The translations under genes were made by a program, and so were the position numbers. Shown here piece after piece: positions 24,691 to 32,810 of a DNA stretch of 35,789 nucleotides. The notes beneath the pieces are model-generated. The model saw only the letters and a list, made by a program, of their open reading frames with translations. It made no database searches and was not told the origin of the DNA. Numbering within the stretch: position 1 is the first letter of the stretch; each line of letters opens with the position of its first letter. This DNA comes from Vulcanimicrobiota bacterium (GTDB taxonomy: Bacteria; Vulcanimicrobiota; Vulcanimicrobiia; Vulcanimicrobiales; Vulcanimicrobiaceae), in assembly GCA_014305015.1 (NCBI GenBank), contig JACRUB010000039.1, positions 1 through 35,789 on the forward strand. The letters run 5' to 3'.

Positions 24691-26550
24691 TTAGAATTTG
24701 ACCGTGAAGTTTAGATCGGCGCGATTTTGCGTCAGGTTGTAATTTGGAACGAACGCGTCGCGATAGCGATACTGTTTGGCCGAAAAGGTAATGGCACTTG
24801 CCGTGTGCGGAATCGTATACGTCAAGTTTCCGAGATAGAAATCTTTACGTCCGTCGATGTTTTGATTCAAACTCGAGTACGACCCCGTGTAATACTGCGT
24901 ATTGTATTGGAGGCTCAAGCGCAGGTCATGACCGAGCGGCATGGCCGCGGCAGCGTTGAGCGAGCGCCGTGTGATGTTGACGAAGTTCGGATTGTAGGTT
25001 TGACCTAGGGCCGCCGGTGCGGTTGCAAATTGGCCGGGATCGGGTCCTTGCGCGTTGCCGTTGTACGGCAGGTACGTGAGCGCAGTCGAATCGTTGCGAT
25101 GCAGCTGCTCAAGCGACGCGCTGAGATCCAGACTGACCGGTCGTCCCAATGCGCGCAGATCAAAGCTTGCGCCGGCACTCAAGCTGTCTTGGGTTCCGCG
25201 CACTGCCGGATTGACGGTATAGGCGTTGGCCGCGAGTTCTTGCAGATGAGCAGCGCCGAAGTTTCCTTGAACTGTATACGCTCCAAGGCGGACCGGCGTA
25301 CTGAGGCTGACCTTGACGCCCTGGCTGTTGGGGACATAAGCGGCCGAGCCGGCACTCGCCCCATCGAAGGGTGTAAACGCGGGCGCCGACACAACAACGC
25401 TCGGGCCGGTTGCGGGGGTCGCGACATCACCAAAGAATCCGGCCGCCGATTGCACGCCGGCGGCAAAATTCGGCCCGACGGCTTGATACTGAATAGTGGC
25501 GGCCACCGAACGAACTTTGAATCGGATCCCCGCTACCAGCGCATTATCGATCTGCGGTTGGCTCGTGAACAAGAGCGCCGGTGCGGCGCCCGGGACGTAC
25601 CGGTTACTCGAAGCACTCGACGCCGCTTCGGCATAAAAAGACGAATGCCAGCGGCTACGCGCAAAGACCGGCACGGCAACGTCCATTCCGAAAACGGTAT
25701 TGCTCACAAGGCCGGAGACGGCCACACTCTGCGATGAATCAAAAAGATGATTGTATGTAACGCCGATGGTTGCACCGGGAGCGAACCGCAAATGGTGAAC
25801 CAGGCGTCCGGTCAGCACTTCGTGTTGCCCGAACTGGATGTAGCCGCCCTGCTCGGGAGTCACACGGAACGAAGCGCTTGTGAAGGAAGAGCCCGCAACA
25901 ATGTTCGCGGGACTTGCGTAGAGCGCATTTGCTTCCACGCGTGCAACCGAAAAGTAGAAATCACTCACGCCGCCAGCGGTTCCGGAAATCGAAACACCGT
26001 TCTGCACAGGTTGCAGCGGTGCGCGCGAATTTAGGGCCAAGCCGGCGACTCCGCCGGGCGCTGCTTGCAACGCGCCGATGCGTGCCGCAAGTCCGGTGAC
26101 CGCTCCGGCGCTGGGCAGGCTCAGCGTCAGGCTTGGTTCGAAGCCAAGACTGCTCCCGGCAAGAAGTTCGCCTGCGAGTGCGGCATGCTGCGTTTTTCGC
26201 GTCCGTGCCTCAAGCGAAGCGCGCAGTTTGGAAAGGTCGCTCTCGCGCACGCCGAGGGCATCCAGTTCGGGCCGGAATTCGGCGCTAAGCGCCTGAACGC
26301 GCGCCTCATCGGCGGCCGAGGCGCCCGACGCTTCGACTTTGGCAACGGCACGGGCGGTGAGAAGCGCCATCTCGTTTCGGGACAAACTCTTCTTATCGTT
26401 AAAAGCATCCGCGGGATAACCGTCGATCACGCGGTCGGCGATAAGCGTGCGTAAATCGGAGAGCGTCCGATCGGAGGGCGCGCTGGCCATGGCTGTGCCC
26501 TGCAGCGCCAGCAGCGCCGCCAGTGTAAGAACCCCGGCCAGACGTTTCAT
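24691..26550 (-). CDS. SLH-domain outer-membrane beta-barrel protein (OmpM/Slp-type OM-peptidoglycan tether and porin)
   Basis: Signal peptide MKRLAGVLTLAALLALQGTAMA. SLH motif LSDLRTLIADRVIDGYPADAFNDKKSLSRNEMALLTARAV, then a coiled-coil stalk (VQALSAEFRPELDALGVRESDLSKLRASLEAR). About 450 aa of alternating beta-strand pattern follow, ending in the OMP beta-signal ADLNFTVKF (terminal Phe). Start placed at ATG 26550; the ORF is open to 26646. Confidence 0.7.
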   Translation of the reverse strand: MKRLAGVLTLAALLALQGTAMASAPSDRTLSDLRTLIADRVIDGYPADAFNDKKSLSRNEMALLTARAVAKVEASGASAADEARVQALSAEFRPELDALGVRESDLSKLRASLEARTRKTQHAALAGELLAGSSLGFEPSLTLSLPSAGAVTGLAARIGALQAAPGGVAGLALNSRAPLQPVQNGVSISGTAGGVSDFYFSVARVEANALYASPANIVAGSSFTSASFRVTPEQGGYIQFGQHEVLTGRLVHHLRFAPGATIGVTYNHLFDSSQSVAVSGLVSNTVFGMDVAVPVFARSRWHSSFYAEAASSASSNRYVPGAAPALLFTSQPQIDNALVAGIRFKVRSVAATIQYQAVGPNFAAGVQSAAGFFGDVATPATGPSVVVSAPAFTPFDGASAGSAAYVPNSQGVKVSLSTPVRLGAYTVQGNFGAAHLQELAANAYTVNPAVRGTQDSLSAGASFDLRALGRPVSLDLSASLEQLHRNDSTALTYLPYNGNAQGPDPGQFATAPAALGQTYNPNFVNITRRSLNAAAAMPLGHDLRLSLQYNTQYYTGSYSSLNQNIDGRKDFYLGNLTYTIPHTASAITFSAKQYRYRDAFVPNYNLTQNRADLNFTVKF

Positions 26551-26681
26551 TGCTCCCCCGTGGAGTAAGTGAGGCAATTTCTTATATCGACAGAAACGCG
26601 CCCACGTTTCACGTTGTGAGGGCATTCCCATACTATTATGACCCACGCTGAGGGTATTCTAACGTACCCGATCGACTAATC

Positions 26682-27086
26682 TTAACCTTCCTCTAACCGG
26701 CCAAGGTAGCGGCGGGCGATTAGAACCGCTGCGTAGTCGTCGATCGGCCGTGGCGGCAACTGCATTCCCAGAGGAATGAGCCGTCGCCACCCCCGAGGTG
26801 GGTGGTCGGCAAAATAAAGGGCGCGCGCCTGGAGAGTCGTTTCGTGTTCATCCACCAGATGGACGGGCAATTTGAGCGACTCCAGCATCTGCCCAAGCGT
26901 GCCGGCGTGCGTCCCGTGACCAAGTGCCACTGCCCCGATATCGTACTGAGTGGAAAGTGCAGACATGCGTTCTATGAGGGTCTGGAGCGGTTCGATTCCC
27001 TGGGCGAGAGGCGGCGTCGCAGGGCCGTCTTTCACCAGCGCAAAGCCGGCTTTCTGAGTGCCCGGATCAATGCCGAGAACGATCAT
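26682..27086 (-). CDS. RNase H-fold YqgF/RuvX-like protein
   Basis: MIVLGIDPGTQKAGFALV (first acidic residue), VHLVDEHETTLQAR (the DE..TT motif of YqgF), IDDYAAVLIARRYL (C-terminal D..AA..I motif). The ATG overlaps the DUF3084 stop (ATGA). Confidence 0.5.
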   Translation of the reverse strand: MIVLGIDPGTQKAGFALVKDGPATPPLAQGIEPLQTLIERMSALSTQYDIGAVALGHGTHAGTLGQMLESLKLPVHLVDEHETTLQARALYFADHPPRGWRRLIPLGMQLPPRPIDDYAAVLIARRYLGRLEEG

Positions 27087-28018
27087 TTCGGACTGATCGA
27101 AATTGCGACGGGGATATACGTGAGATCGGGATAGACATCCCCAACCGAGGTCGCGGTAATCCGGTAGAGTCCGTGGCCGGCGAGATCGCGTTGAAGGACT
27201 TCCGCACTGGGACGGACGTCGGTAATCTTGACGTTCTGTGCGAAGACGAAAGGCATGCCGTTTTTAAGCGCGCCCTGGGTGATCAACTCTTCAAACTGAC
27301 TCAAAATAAACTGAACGTTGTTCGTCGGCGATGCCGGGACCACGAACGACGCGATCGTCACATTCCGCGGGAAGACAAGAATGTCGCGAATGGCCCGCAA
27401 CTCAAAATGGATCGGATCGTTCTGAAACAGATTCTGATCGGCGACCGCGATCATCACCACCTTCGACTGTATGAGTGCAGAGGTGAGGTCAAAGTTCGAA
27501 GCATTTTGGCGAATGAGCTGATCAACTTCTGATCTTGGCTTTTCGATCTTCTTGAGACCGCGCGGCACGAGCGATGCGTTTGCGAATGCTGCAACGTGAT
27601 CGTAGTATTGCCTTAAGGCAAGCATGCGGTCATTGACGGAAGCGTTCTGCGGGATGACAACGATTTCAGGACTTATGAGATCACCAACGCCGACAATCAC
27701 TTGCTCGTTGCGCGTATGGCGCTGCATTTCGTCGGCCTGAGCCTGAAGCTGCGTCACGCGAGTGCTGATCGCGTTGAGATGAAAGAAGGCGGTCTTTACG
27801 CTGTTGTTGGCAAACACCGCGCCCAGCGTGACGACGAGAGCGATGAGCATTCCCGTGCCGATCGCAACGATCGTTGAGGTATAGCGTGGGCGGATTCCAA
27901 ACAGCGAGAGGCGCTTGCGGCCAACTTGATGTCCGACGCGATCACCGACGTAGGCAATTGCTCCCGCGAGACACACGATGAAGAGCACGAGGAAGATGCC
28001 GCGTACCAGATCCCCCAT
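27083..28018 (-). CDS. DUF3084-like membrane protein
   Basis: TM1, then AYVGDRVGHQVGRKRLSLFGIRPRYTSTIVAIGTGMLIALVV, which matches the GDrlG..vGKkRLSLFgLRPr.T motif I associate with DUF3084. A coiled coil follows (VTQLQAQADEMQ), then a ~200-aa C-terminal domain. The start shares 1 nt with the lptF/G stop. Confidence 0.6.
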   Translation of the reverse strand: MGDLVRGIFLVLFIVCLAGAIAYVGDRVGHQVGRKRLSLFGIRPRYTSTIVAIGTGMLIALVVTLGAVFANNSVKTAFFHLNAISTRVTQLQAQADEMQRHTRNEQVIVGVGDLISPEIVVIPQNASVNDRMLALRQYYDHVAAFANASLVPRGLKKIEKPRSEVDQLIRQNASNFDLTSALIQSKVVMIAVADQNLFQNDPIHFELRAIRDILVFPRNVTIASFVVPASPTNNVQFILSQFEELITQGALKNGMPFVFAQNVKITDVRPSAEVLQRDLAGHGLYRITATSVGDVYPDLTYIPVAISISPK

Positions 28019-29163
28019 TACGTCGCCGCCGCCTTACGCAACCGTTGTGCTCCTAAAAAAGTGAAGAGCAGGTTGGGCAACCAGGCTGCAATCGGCGCCA
28101 GTCCCAGCGACGCATCGCCGACGAACGAAAAGACCGAAAGCACGACGTAGTAGACGAAGACGATCGCGACGGCGAGCCCGAAACCGATGCTCGCACTTCC
28201 GCCGCCGCGCGTCGCCCGCACGCCGAACGGAATGGCAATCAACATAAAAACGAAGCACGAAAACGGAAGCGCCAATTTTTGGTGATACGTTGCGGTATAT
28301 TTGCGTAGCTCGCTTTCATTGAGTTGCCCCGAGCGAATGATATCCGCAATCTGCGCGCGACTCATATCTTGCGGATTATCGTGCGTCGCCCGTTTGATCA
28401 ATTCAGTTGGCTTTTGTCCGATGTCAACCTGCGTGACGGGCACGGGCGGCTCGGAGTCAATTATCCCGTCCGGCGCGAACCGGTAGGTGCTCGCGTTCTC
28501 GAGCTGCCATCGCTCGGCGGTGAAAACCGCCCGGTCGGCAAAGAGAATCTGCGTTGGTTCGCCTTTCGCATTATATTGAATGAGGGTGACTTTAAGCAGA
28601 GCACCGGATTTGTCGATCGAACGCGCGACCGTCATCTGCCGCCCGCCGCCCGGAAGGGGCGCAGAGACGGTCAGGTCGCGGCTGAACGCACTTTGGTGTT
28701 TGATAACGTCGTTGAGCAGATATGTCTGCGCATCCGATGCGAGCGGCACGACCGCCTCTTGCAAGACTAGCATCACGAACGACATGAAGAGGCCGGCTAG
28801 CAACAGTGGTGCGATGATGCGCGTGAATGCGATTCCGCCCGCTTTCATCGCGATAATCTCGCTCTCTCCCGAGAGCCGTTGCATGGCAAGCAGCGTGCCG
28901 AGTAAGAGCGCCATCGGAATCGCGAGCACGAAGATGCCGGGCAGCGACCATAGGAAAAACACGATCGCAGCCCACAGCGGGGCATGTTCGGTCGCGACCA
29001 ATTTTTCGATGTTCAAAATGTCGGCCGCGGCCAAGATCAACGCGAACGCCGAAAGCCCGAAAAAAAACGTGCCCCCGAGCTCAGAGAGCATGTACCGGTC
29101 CAAAATCGCGGGAGGCCACAATTTCCAAACGGTGGCGGGCCGCTGCGCCATCTGAAAATGCAT
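28018..29163 (-). CDS. LptF/LptG-family LPS export permease
   Basis: N-terminal ILDRYMLSELGGTFFFGLSAFALIL signature of YjgP/YjgQ permeases. Three TM helices, a ~130-aa periplasmic beta-jellyroll insert, then three TM helices. The start shares 1 nt with the lptB stop. Confidence 0.8.
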   Translation of the reverse strand: MHFQMAQRPATVWKLWPPAILDRYMLSELGGTFFFGLSAFALILAAADILNIEKLVATEHAPLWAAIVFFLWSLPGIFVLAIPMALLLGTLLAMQRLSGESEIIAMKAGGIAFTRIIAPLLLAGLFMSFVMLVLQEAVVPLASDAQTYLLNDVIKHQSAFSRDLTVSAPLPGGGRQMTVARSIDKSGALLKVTLIQYNAKGEPTQILFADRAVFTAERWQLENASTYRFAPDGIIDSEPPVPVTQVDIGQKPTELIKRATHDNPQDMSRAQIADIIRSGQLNESELRKYTATYHQKLALPFSCFVFMLIAIPFGVRATRGGGSASIGFGLAVAIVFVYYVVLSVFSFVGDASLGLAPIAAWLPNLLFTFLGAQRLRKAAAT

Positions 29164-29912
29164 TACAGGCGGAAGCCTTCGCCTAAATAGAATTCGCGCG
29201 CAACCGGACTCTCGAGTACTTCCTGCGCGCTGCCGGAAACTTCGATCCGCCCGTTGTTCAGAATGTACGCGCGATCTACAATTGCGAGCGTTTCGCGCAC
29301 CTGGTGATCGGTGATGAGCACTCCCAGTCCACGATCGCGCAGCTGCCGAATCATCGTCTGAATATCCGCAACCGCAATTGGGTCGATACCCGTAAACGGT
29401 TCATCGAGCAAGAGAAATGCGGGTTCCGTGGCGATTGCTCGCGCGATTTCCACGCGCCGCCGTTCACCGCCCGAAAGACTGTCACCGCGCGCGTCGATAA
29501 ATTTGAGCAGTCCGAATTCTTCGAGCAACCCCGGCAAGCGTTCTTCTTGCTCGGCGCGCGGCACGCCGTTCATCTCCCAGATCAAACGGATGTTGTCGCC
29601 GACCGAGAGCTTTCGGAAGATGGAGTTTTCTTGCGCAAGATAGCCGATGCCGCGGCGGGCGCGCATGTACATCGGCGAGTTCGTGAGATCAATTTCCTGG
29701 GCTGCGTCATCGAGCAATACTGTTCCGGAATCCGGTTTGACCAGGCCGACCACCATATAAAATGTCGTGGTTTTTCCCGCGCCGTTCGGACCGAGCAATC
29801 CGACAACTTCACCCGTACTCACATCGGCGCGGACATGGTCGACCACAACACGTTCGCCGTAACGCTTGACCAAATCGCGCACGATTATACGGCGGTTGCG
29901 GCCATCGATCAT
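29163..29912 (-). CDS. lptB: LPS export ABC transporter ATP-binding protein LptB
   Basis: Walker A GLLGPNGAGKTTTFYM; Q-loop GIGYLAQENSIFRKLSV; signature LSGGERRRVEIARAI; Walker B FLLLDEPFTGIDP; H-loop VLITDHQVRE. Confidence 0.9.
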   Translation of the reverse strand: MIDGRNRRIIVRDLVKRYGERVVVDHVRADVSTGEVVGLLGPNGAGKTTTFYMVVGLVKPDSGTVLLDDAAQEIDLTNSPMYMRARRGIGYLAQENSIFRKLSVGDNIRLIWEMNGVPRAEQEERLPGLLEEFGLLKFIDARGDSLSGGERRRVEIARAIATEPAFLLLDEPFTGIDPIAVADIQTMIRQLRDRGLGVLITDHQVRETLAIVDRAYILNNGRIEVSGSAQEVLESPVAREFYLGEGFRL

Positions 29913-30466
29913 TGCATGTGCACCTGGGTGAGCCGCAGATCGCTTGTGAAGCTGCCGCCCGTGAGCGTATATCCGTCTTTAGAGGTGATATGCACGTTGC
30001 CCGTTCCGTGCAGTCTTCCGGTCGAGCGGTCGTATTCGAGCTGATCGCAGGTAAGCACGACTCCCTCTGAGGTGTGAGATTTGACGCCGCCTTGCATGAG
30101 CACGCTTTCCTTTGCGCGGTCTACGGTGGTTATCGGTGCATCACCGGTGAGCGTGGCCCCCGAGGTTGCGCCGTAAAACGTCACGTGCGTTTGCGCGAAC
30201 GTTCCGCGAAATTGGCTTTGTGATTGCAGTGTGGATTCGGTGGACTTTGCAGTGAGTTCGTAGAGCCGCCGATTGCCCTGCTTTTCAACGATACGGACCG
30301 GTTGGTTTGCGTTCCCGTGGCTGCGCACCGTAATCGGAGGCAGGCCGTTGCTCGCTGTGGGAGCGGCACTCGGCACGGACGTTTGCAGGGCCGAAGCATG
30401 CTGCGGCTTGGGACTGCACGCGCAGAACCCTGCGAGGAACAGAACCAGTCCCAAAGTGACGCGCAT
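29909..30466 (-). CDS. LptC/LptA-family (OstA-like beta-jellyroll) protein, probably a lipoprotein
   Basis: MRVTLGLVLFLAGFCACSPK is a signal peptide with Cys-containing lipobox-like end. The C-terminal strands LTCDQLEYDRSTGRLHGTGNVHITSKDGYTLTGGSFTSDL resemble LptC/LptA. It sits directly upstream of lptB with an ATGA overlap. Start placed at ATG 30466 rather than 30502. Confidence 0.5.
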   Translation of the reverse strand: MRVTLGLVLFLAGFCACSPKPQHASALQTSVPSAAPTASNGLPPITVRSHGNANQPVRIVEKQGNRRLYELTAKSTESTLQSQSQFRGTFAQTHVTFYGATSGATLTGDAPITTVDRAKESVLMQGGVKSHTSEGVVLTCDQLEYDRSTGRLHGTGNVHITSKDGYTLTGGSFTSDLRLTQVHMQ

Positions 30467-30471
30467 GTCCA

Positions 30472-31668
30472 CTATTCTACGAGCCCATCCTGAGCACAGC
30501 ATAAGGCGATCGCCATAAAAGGAAGCCAGAGTCCGAAGATAACGACGCTAACAGTATCGATCAGCCCTTGTACCCAAGTTCCGAGAAGTCCCGCCGCCAC
30601 TGCGAGGGCCAGGGTCGCGTTCGCACGATTCGTCGTAGCAAGCCGGGCCCGGAAGATCACGATAAAACGCCACCAAGCGAAGAGCACCGCCGCTATCCCC
30701 ACGATCCCGAGCTCCGCGGCAACTGTCAAAAGGAAGCTATGCGCGTGAAATGCCGTCGGTTCTCCATCAGGCAGACGAACGAACGGATAGATTTTTTCAA
30801 ACACAAACGGGCCGACACCGGTGAGTGGGAAACGCTCAAACATGAGAACGCCCGCCTGCCAGATCGAAAGCCGCGTGTAGTTTTCAGACGGATTGTGGTG
30901 ATAGTTGAAGACAAAGAGGACGGCGACGATTGCAGCGGCGATAATGCCGAGCGCCGAGCGGCCCCGCCACCGGCGCATCTGCGTAAAAACGAAAAACGCA
31001 ACCGCCACTGCCAGGCCCATCCAACCTGCGCGCGAGAAGGTCATCAAAAACGCTGGAATTCCCGCAGCAAGACCCGCGATCGCGAGAAGGCGCAAATCGC
31101 GGCGGGTCGTTACACGCGCGATTGCAAAGGCCAGCGGCAAATAGATGATTAAATAGCCGGCGAGTTCGCCGGGCAAAATGAATGTACCGATTGCGCGCCC
31201 ATGTCCCACCGTATACTCCGCCGCCGGTGTTTTTGTTAGAACCATAAGGATTGCAGCCAGAGCGGCAATCAGCCCCGAGGCGAGATACGCGCGATAGATC
31301 GCCGGAACGACGCCCGGCTCGCGATAAAAGCGCATGAGCAAAACGTGCCACAACACACTGAGACAAAAGATCGCGAGAAAGAGCGCTCCGGCAAGCGGAT
31401 CGAACCCCAGCAGCAAACTCAAGACCGATGCGCCGAGCCATACCATCAGCCCCAATAATGTAGGAACCGGCGCGCGCGGCGGCACGAGAGCGACTGCCAA
31501 TGCGTACACGGCAATAACCGCGACGAGGCCGAGCAGCCCTAATGCCAGTGAGTGCGGCAAGAGCGAAATACCCGGCACGGTGACCGCGGTAAGCGTAATG
31601 AACGACGGAAAAAGCGGCACGATAAAGAAAGTAAAGGCCAGTGTCGCGGGCAGGCCCCGTCTTAGCAT
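30472..31668 (-). CDS. O-antigen ligase/polymerase-like (Wzy_C domain) membrane protein
   Basis: Ten or more TM helices. FLMTFSRAGWMGLAVAVAFF and the periplasmic-loop motif FHAHSFLLTVAAELGIVG are typical of WaaL/Wzy_C. Confidence 0.75.
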   Translation of the reverse strand: MLRRGLPATLAFTFFIVPLFPSFITLTAVTVPGISLLPHSLALGLLGLVAVIAVYALAVALVPPRAPVPTLLGLMVWLGASVLSLLLGFDPLAGALFLAIFCLSVLWHVLLMRFYREPGVVPAIYRAYLASGLIAALAAILMVLTKTPAAEYTVGHGRAIGTFILPGELAGYLIIYLPLAFAIARVTTRRDLRLLAIAGLAAGIPAFLMTFSRAGWMGLAVAVAFFVFTQMRRWRGRSALGIIAAAIVAVLFVFNYHHNPSENYTRLSIWQAGVLMFERFPLTGVGPFVFEKIYPFVRLPDGEPTAFHAHSFLLTVAAELGIVGIAAVLFAWWRFIVIFRARLATTNRANATLALAVAAGLLGTWVQGLIDTVSVVIFGLWLPFMAIALCCAQDGLVE

Positions 31669-32810
31669 TGCACCACTTGGGCAATCTTCGCGGCAATGGC
31701 TGCAGAACCACCCGGTCCGCCCATCCGATCGCGTCCAATCCGTCCCATGGCAGCTCGCGTTCCCTCGTCATCGAGCAGCTTCTCGACTTCGGTTGCCGCA
31801 ACCGGAGGGTTGCCCGGGATCACCTTCATCGCCGCGCCGAGAAGACCACGCTGACGCATGCGATACCAACCATGTTGGCGCGCACCCGGCTCCTGGAATG
31901 CAATAACGGGAATACCGCTTGCGGCCGCGGCTTCGTTAGCCGTTCCCGCCTGGCCCAATACGAGTTTTGCACCCGAGAGCATCGCCCCCGGAGGCCCCGT
32001 CCATGCATGAACTATTGTCCGTCCGCTGCTGTGCAACACAAACGGGCAATGCGTGACCTCTGAGAGGCGCACGTCCCATCCATCCGCTCGTAACTCCTCA
32101 ATGAACCGCTGCGCGCTCAGTCCCGGTGCGATTGAAAGCGTTGCCCCGAGGAGCGGACGCCGCTTACTCAAGTCGCGAATCACCGCGCATAAAAACACTG
32201 CGTCGGAATAGGCCGCTTCGCGGCTGCCGGGAAAAATTGCAAGCCGCTCGTGGAACGGCGGAACGGAGGGATCCGTTTCGCTGAACAAATCTACTATCAC
32301 GTTCCCGGGAGCGAGCGCGAGCACGCCACGTTCGGTGAGGCGCTGCGCCGTCTGCAGATCGCGAACGAATACGGCATCTGTGTTGCGCAGTAAACGTTCT
32401 TCGAGCGTTCCGTACGGGGCGACATAGACGCTCTTTGCGGTACCGACGAAAATCGTTCGCGTTGCGCGCGCTTGTTGGGCCATCAACAGCGCAAAAATAT
32501 CGCCGACGGCTACCGCTGCGTCATACTGCCGGCGGCTCTTGCGCAAGAAGCCCAGTTGCGCAAGCGTGTGTGCAATTAAGCCACTGCGAAAATCGCGCAG
32601 GATGTTCCGCACGTTTCCCATCGCGATAAGGCCGCCGCTGGGCATCGCGCGGCGGGGACCCACTTGCCGCATAGTCGAGGGATGATTCGACTCACCAACT
32701 AACGCCAGATGGTCGCTTTGCACCTGGCAATGCAATTGCAGATCGCGCGCAAGACGAGCAGCAATTGCTTCTTCGCCGTGCCCATTGCTTACGAAAAGAA
32801 TGCGTTTCAT
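31662..32810 (-). CDS. Lipid-A-disaccharide-synthase-related GT-B protein (LpxB paralogue, TIGR03492-like)
   Basis: N-terminus MKRILFVSNGHGEEAIAARLARDL matches the SNGHGED start of the LpxB-related family. C-terminal GT-B half GQAGTANEAAAASGIPVIAF. ATGA overlap with the upstream phosphoesterase gene. Confidence 0.6.
   Translation of the reverse strand: MKRILFVSNGHGEEAIAARLARDLQLHCQVQSDHLALVGESNHPSTMRQVGPRRAMPSGGLIAMGNVRNILRDFRSGLIAHTLAQLGFLRKSRRQYDAAVAVGDIFALLMAQQARATRTIFVGTAKSVYVAPYGTLEERLLRNTDAVFVRDLQTAQRLTERGVLALAPGNVIVDLFSETDPSVPPFHERLAIFPGSREAAYSDAVFLCAVIRDLSKRRPLLGATLSIAPGLSAQRFIEELRADGWDVRLSEVTHCPFVLHSSGRTIVHAWTGPPGAMLSGAKLVLGQAGTANEAAAASGIPVIAFQEPGARQHGWYRMRQRGLLGAAMKVIPGNPPVAATEVEKLLDDEGTRAAMGRIGRDRMGGPGGSAAIAAKIAQVVQC

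Noticed and set aside
29060-29067. Three 8-nt A/T homopolymer runs inside coding regions (29060-29067 in lptF/G, 12118-12125 in the DUF4350 gene, 34879-34886 in lpxA), unusual in GC-rich DNA. Considered as possible phase-variation tracts.
   Set aside because: Each simply encodes Phe-Phe(-Phe) in conserved hydrophobic context. At 8 nt they are short for slipped-strand switching, and essential genes such as lpxA are unlikely phase-variable loci.
30884-31801. 305-aa same-strand ORF in another frame, spanning the O-antigen-ligase-like and LpxB-like genes.
   Set aside because: Arg/Gly-rich with no TM or enzymatic motif. The competing frames encode a coherent polytopic Wzy_C protein and a GT-B protein.
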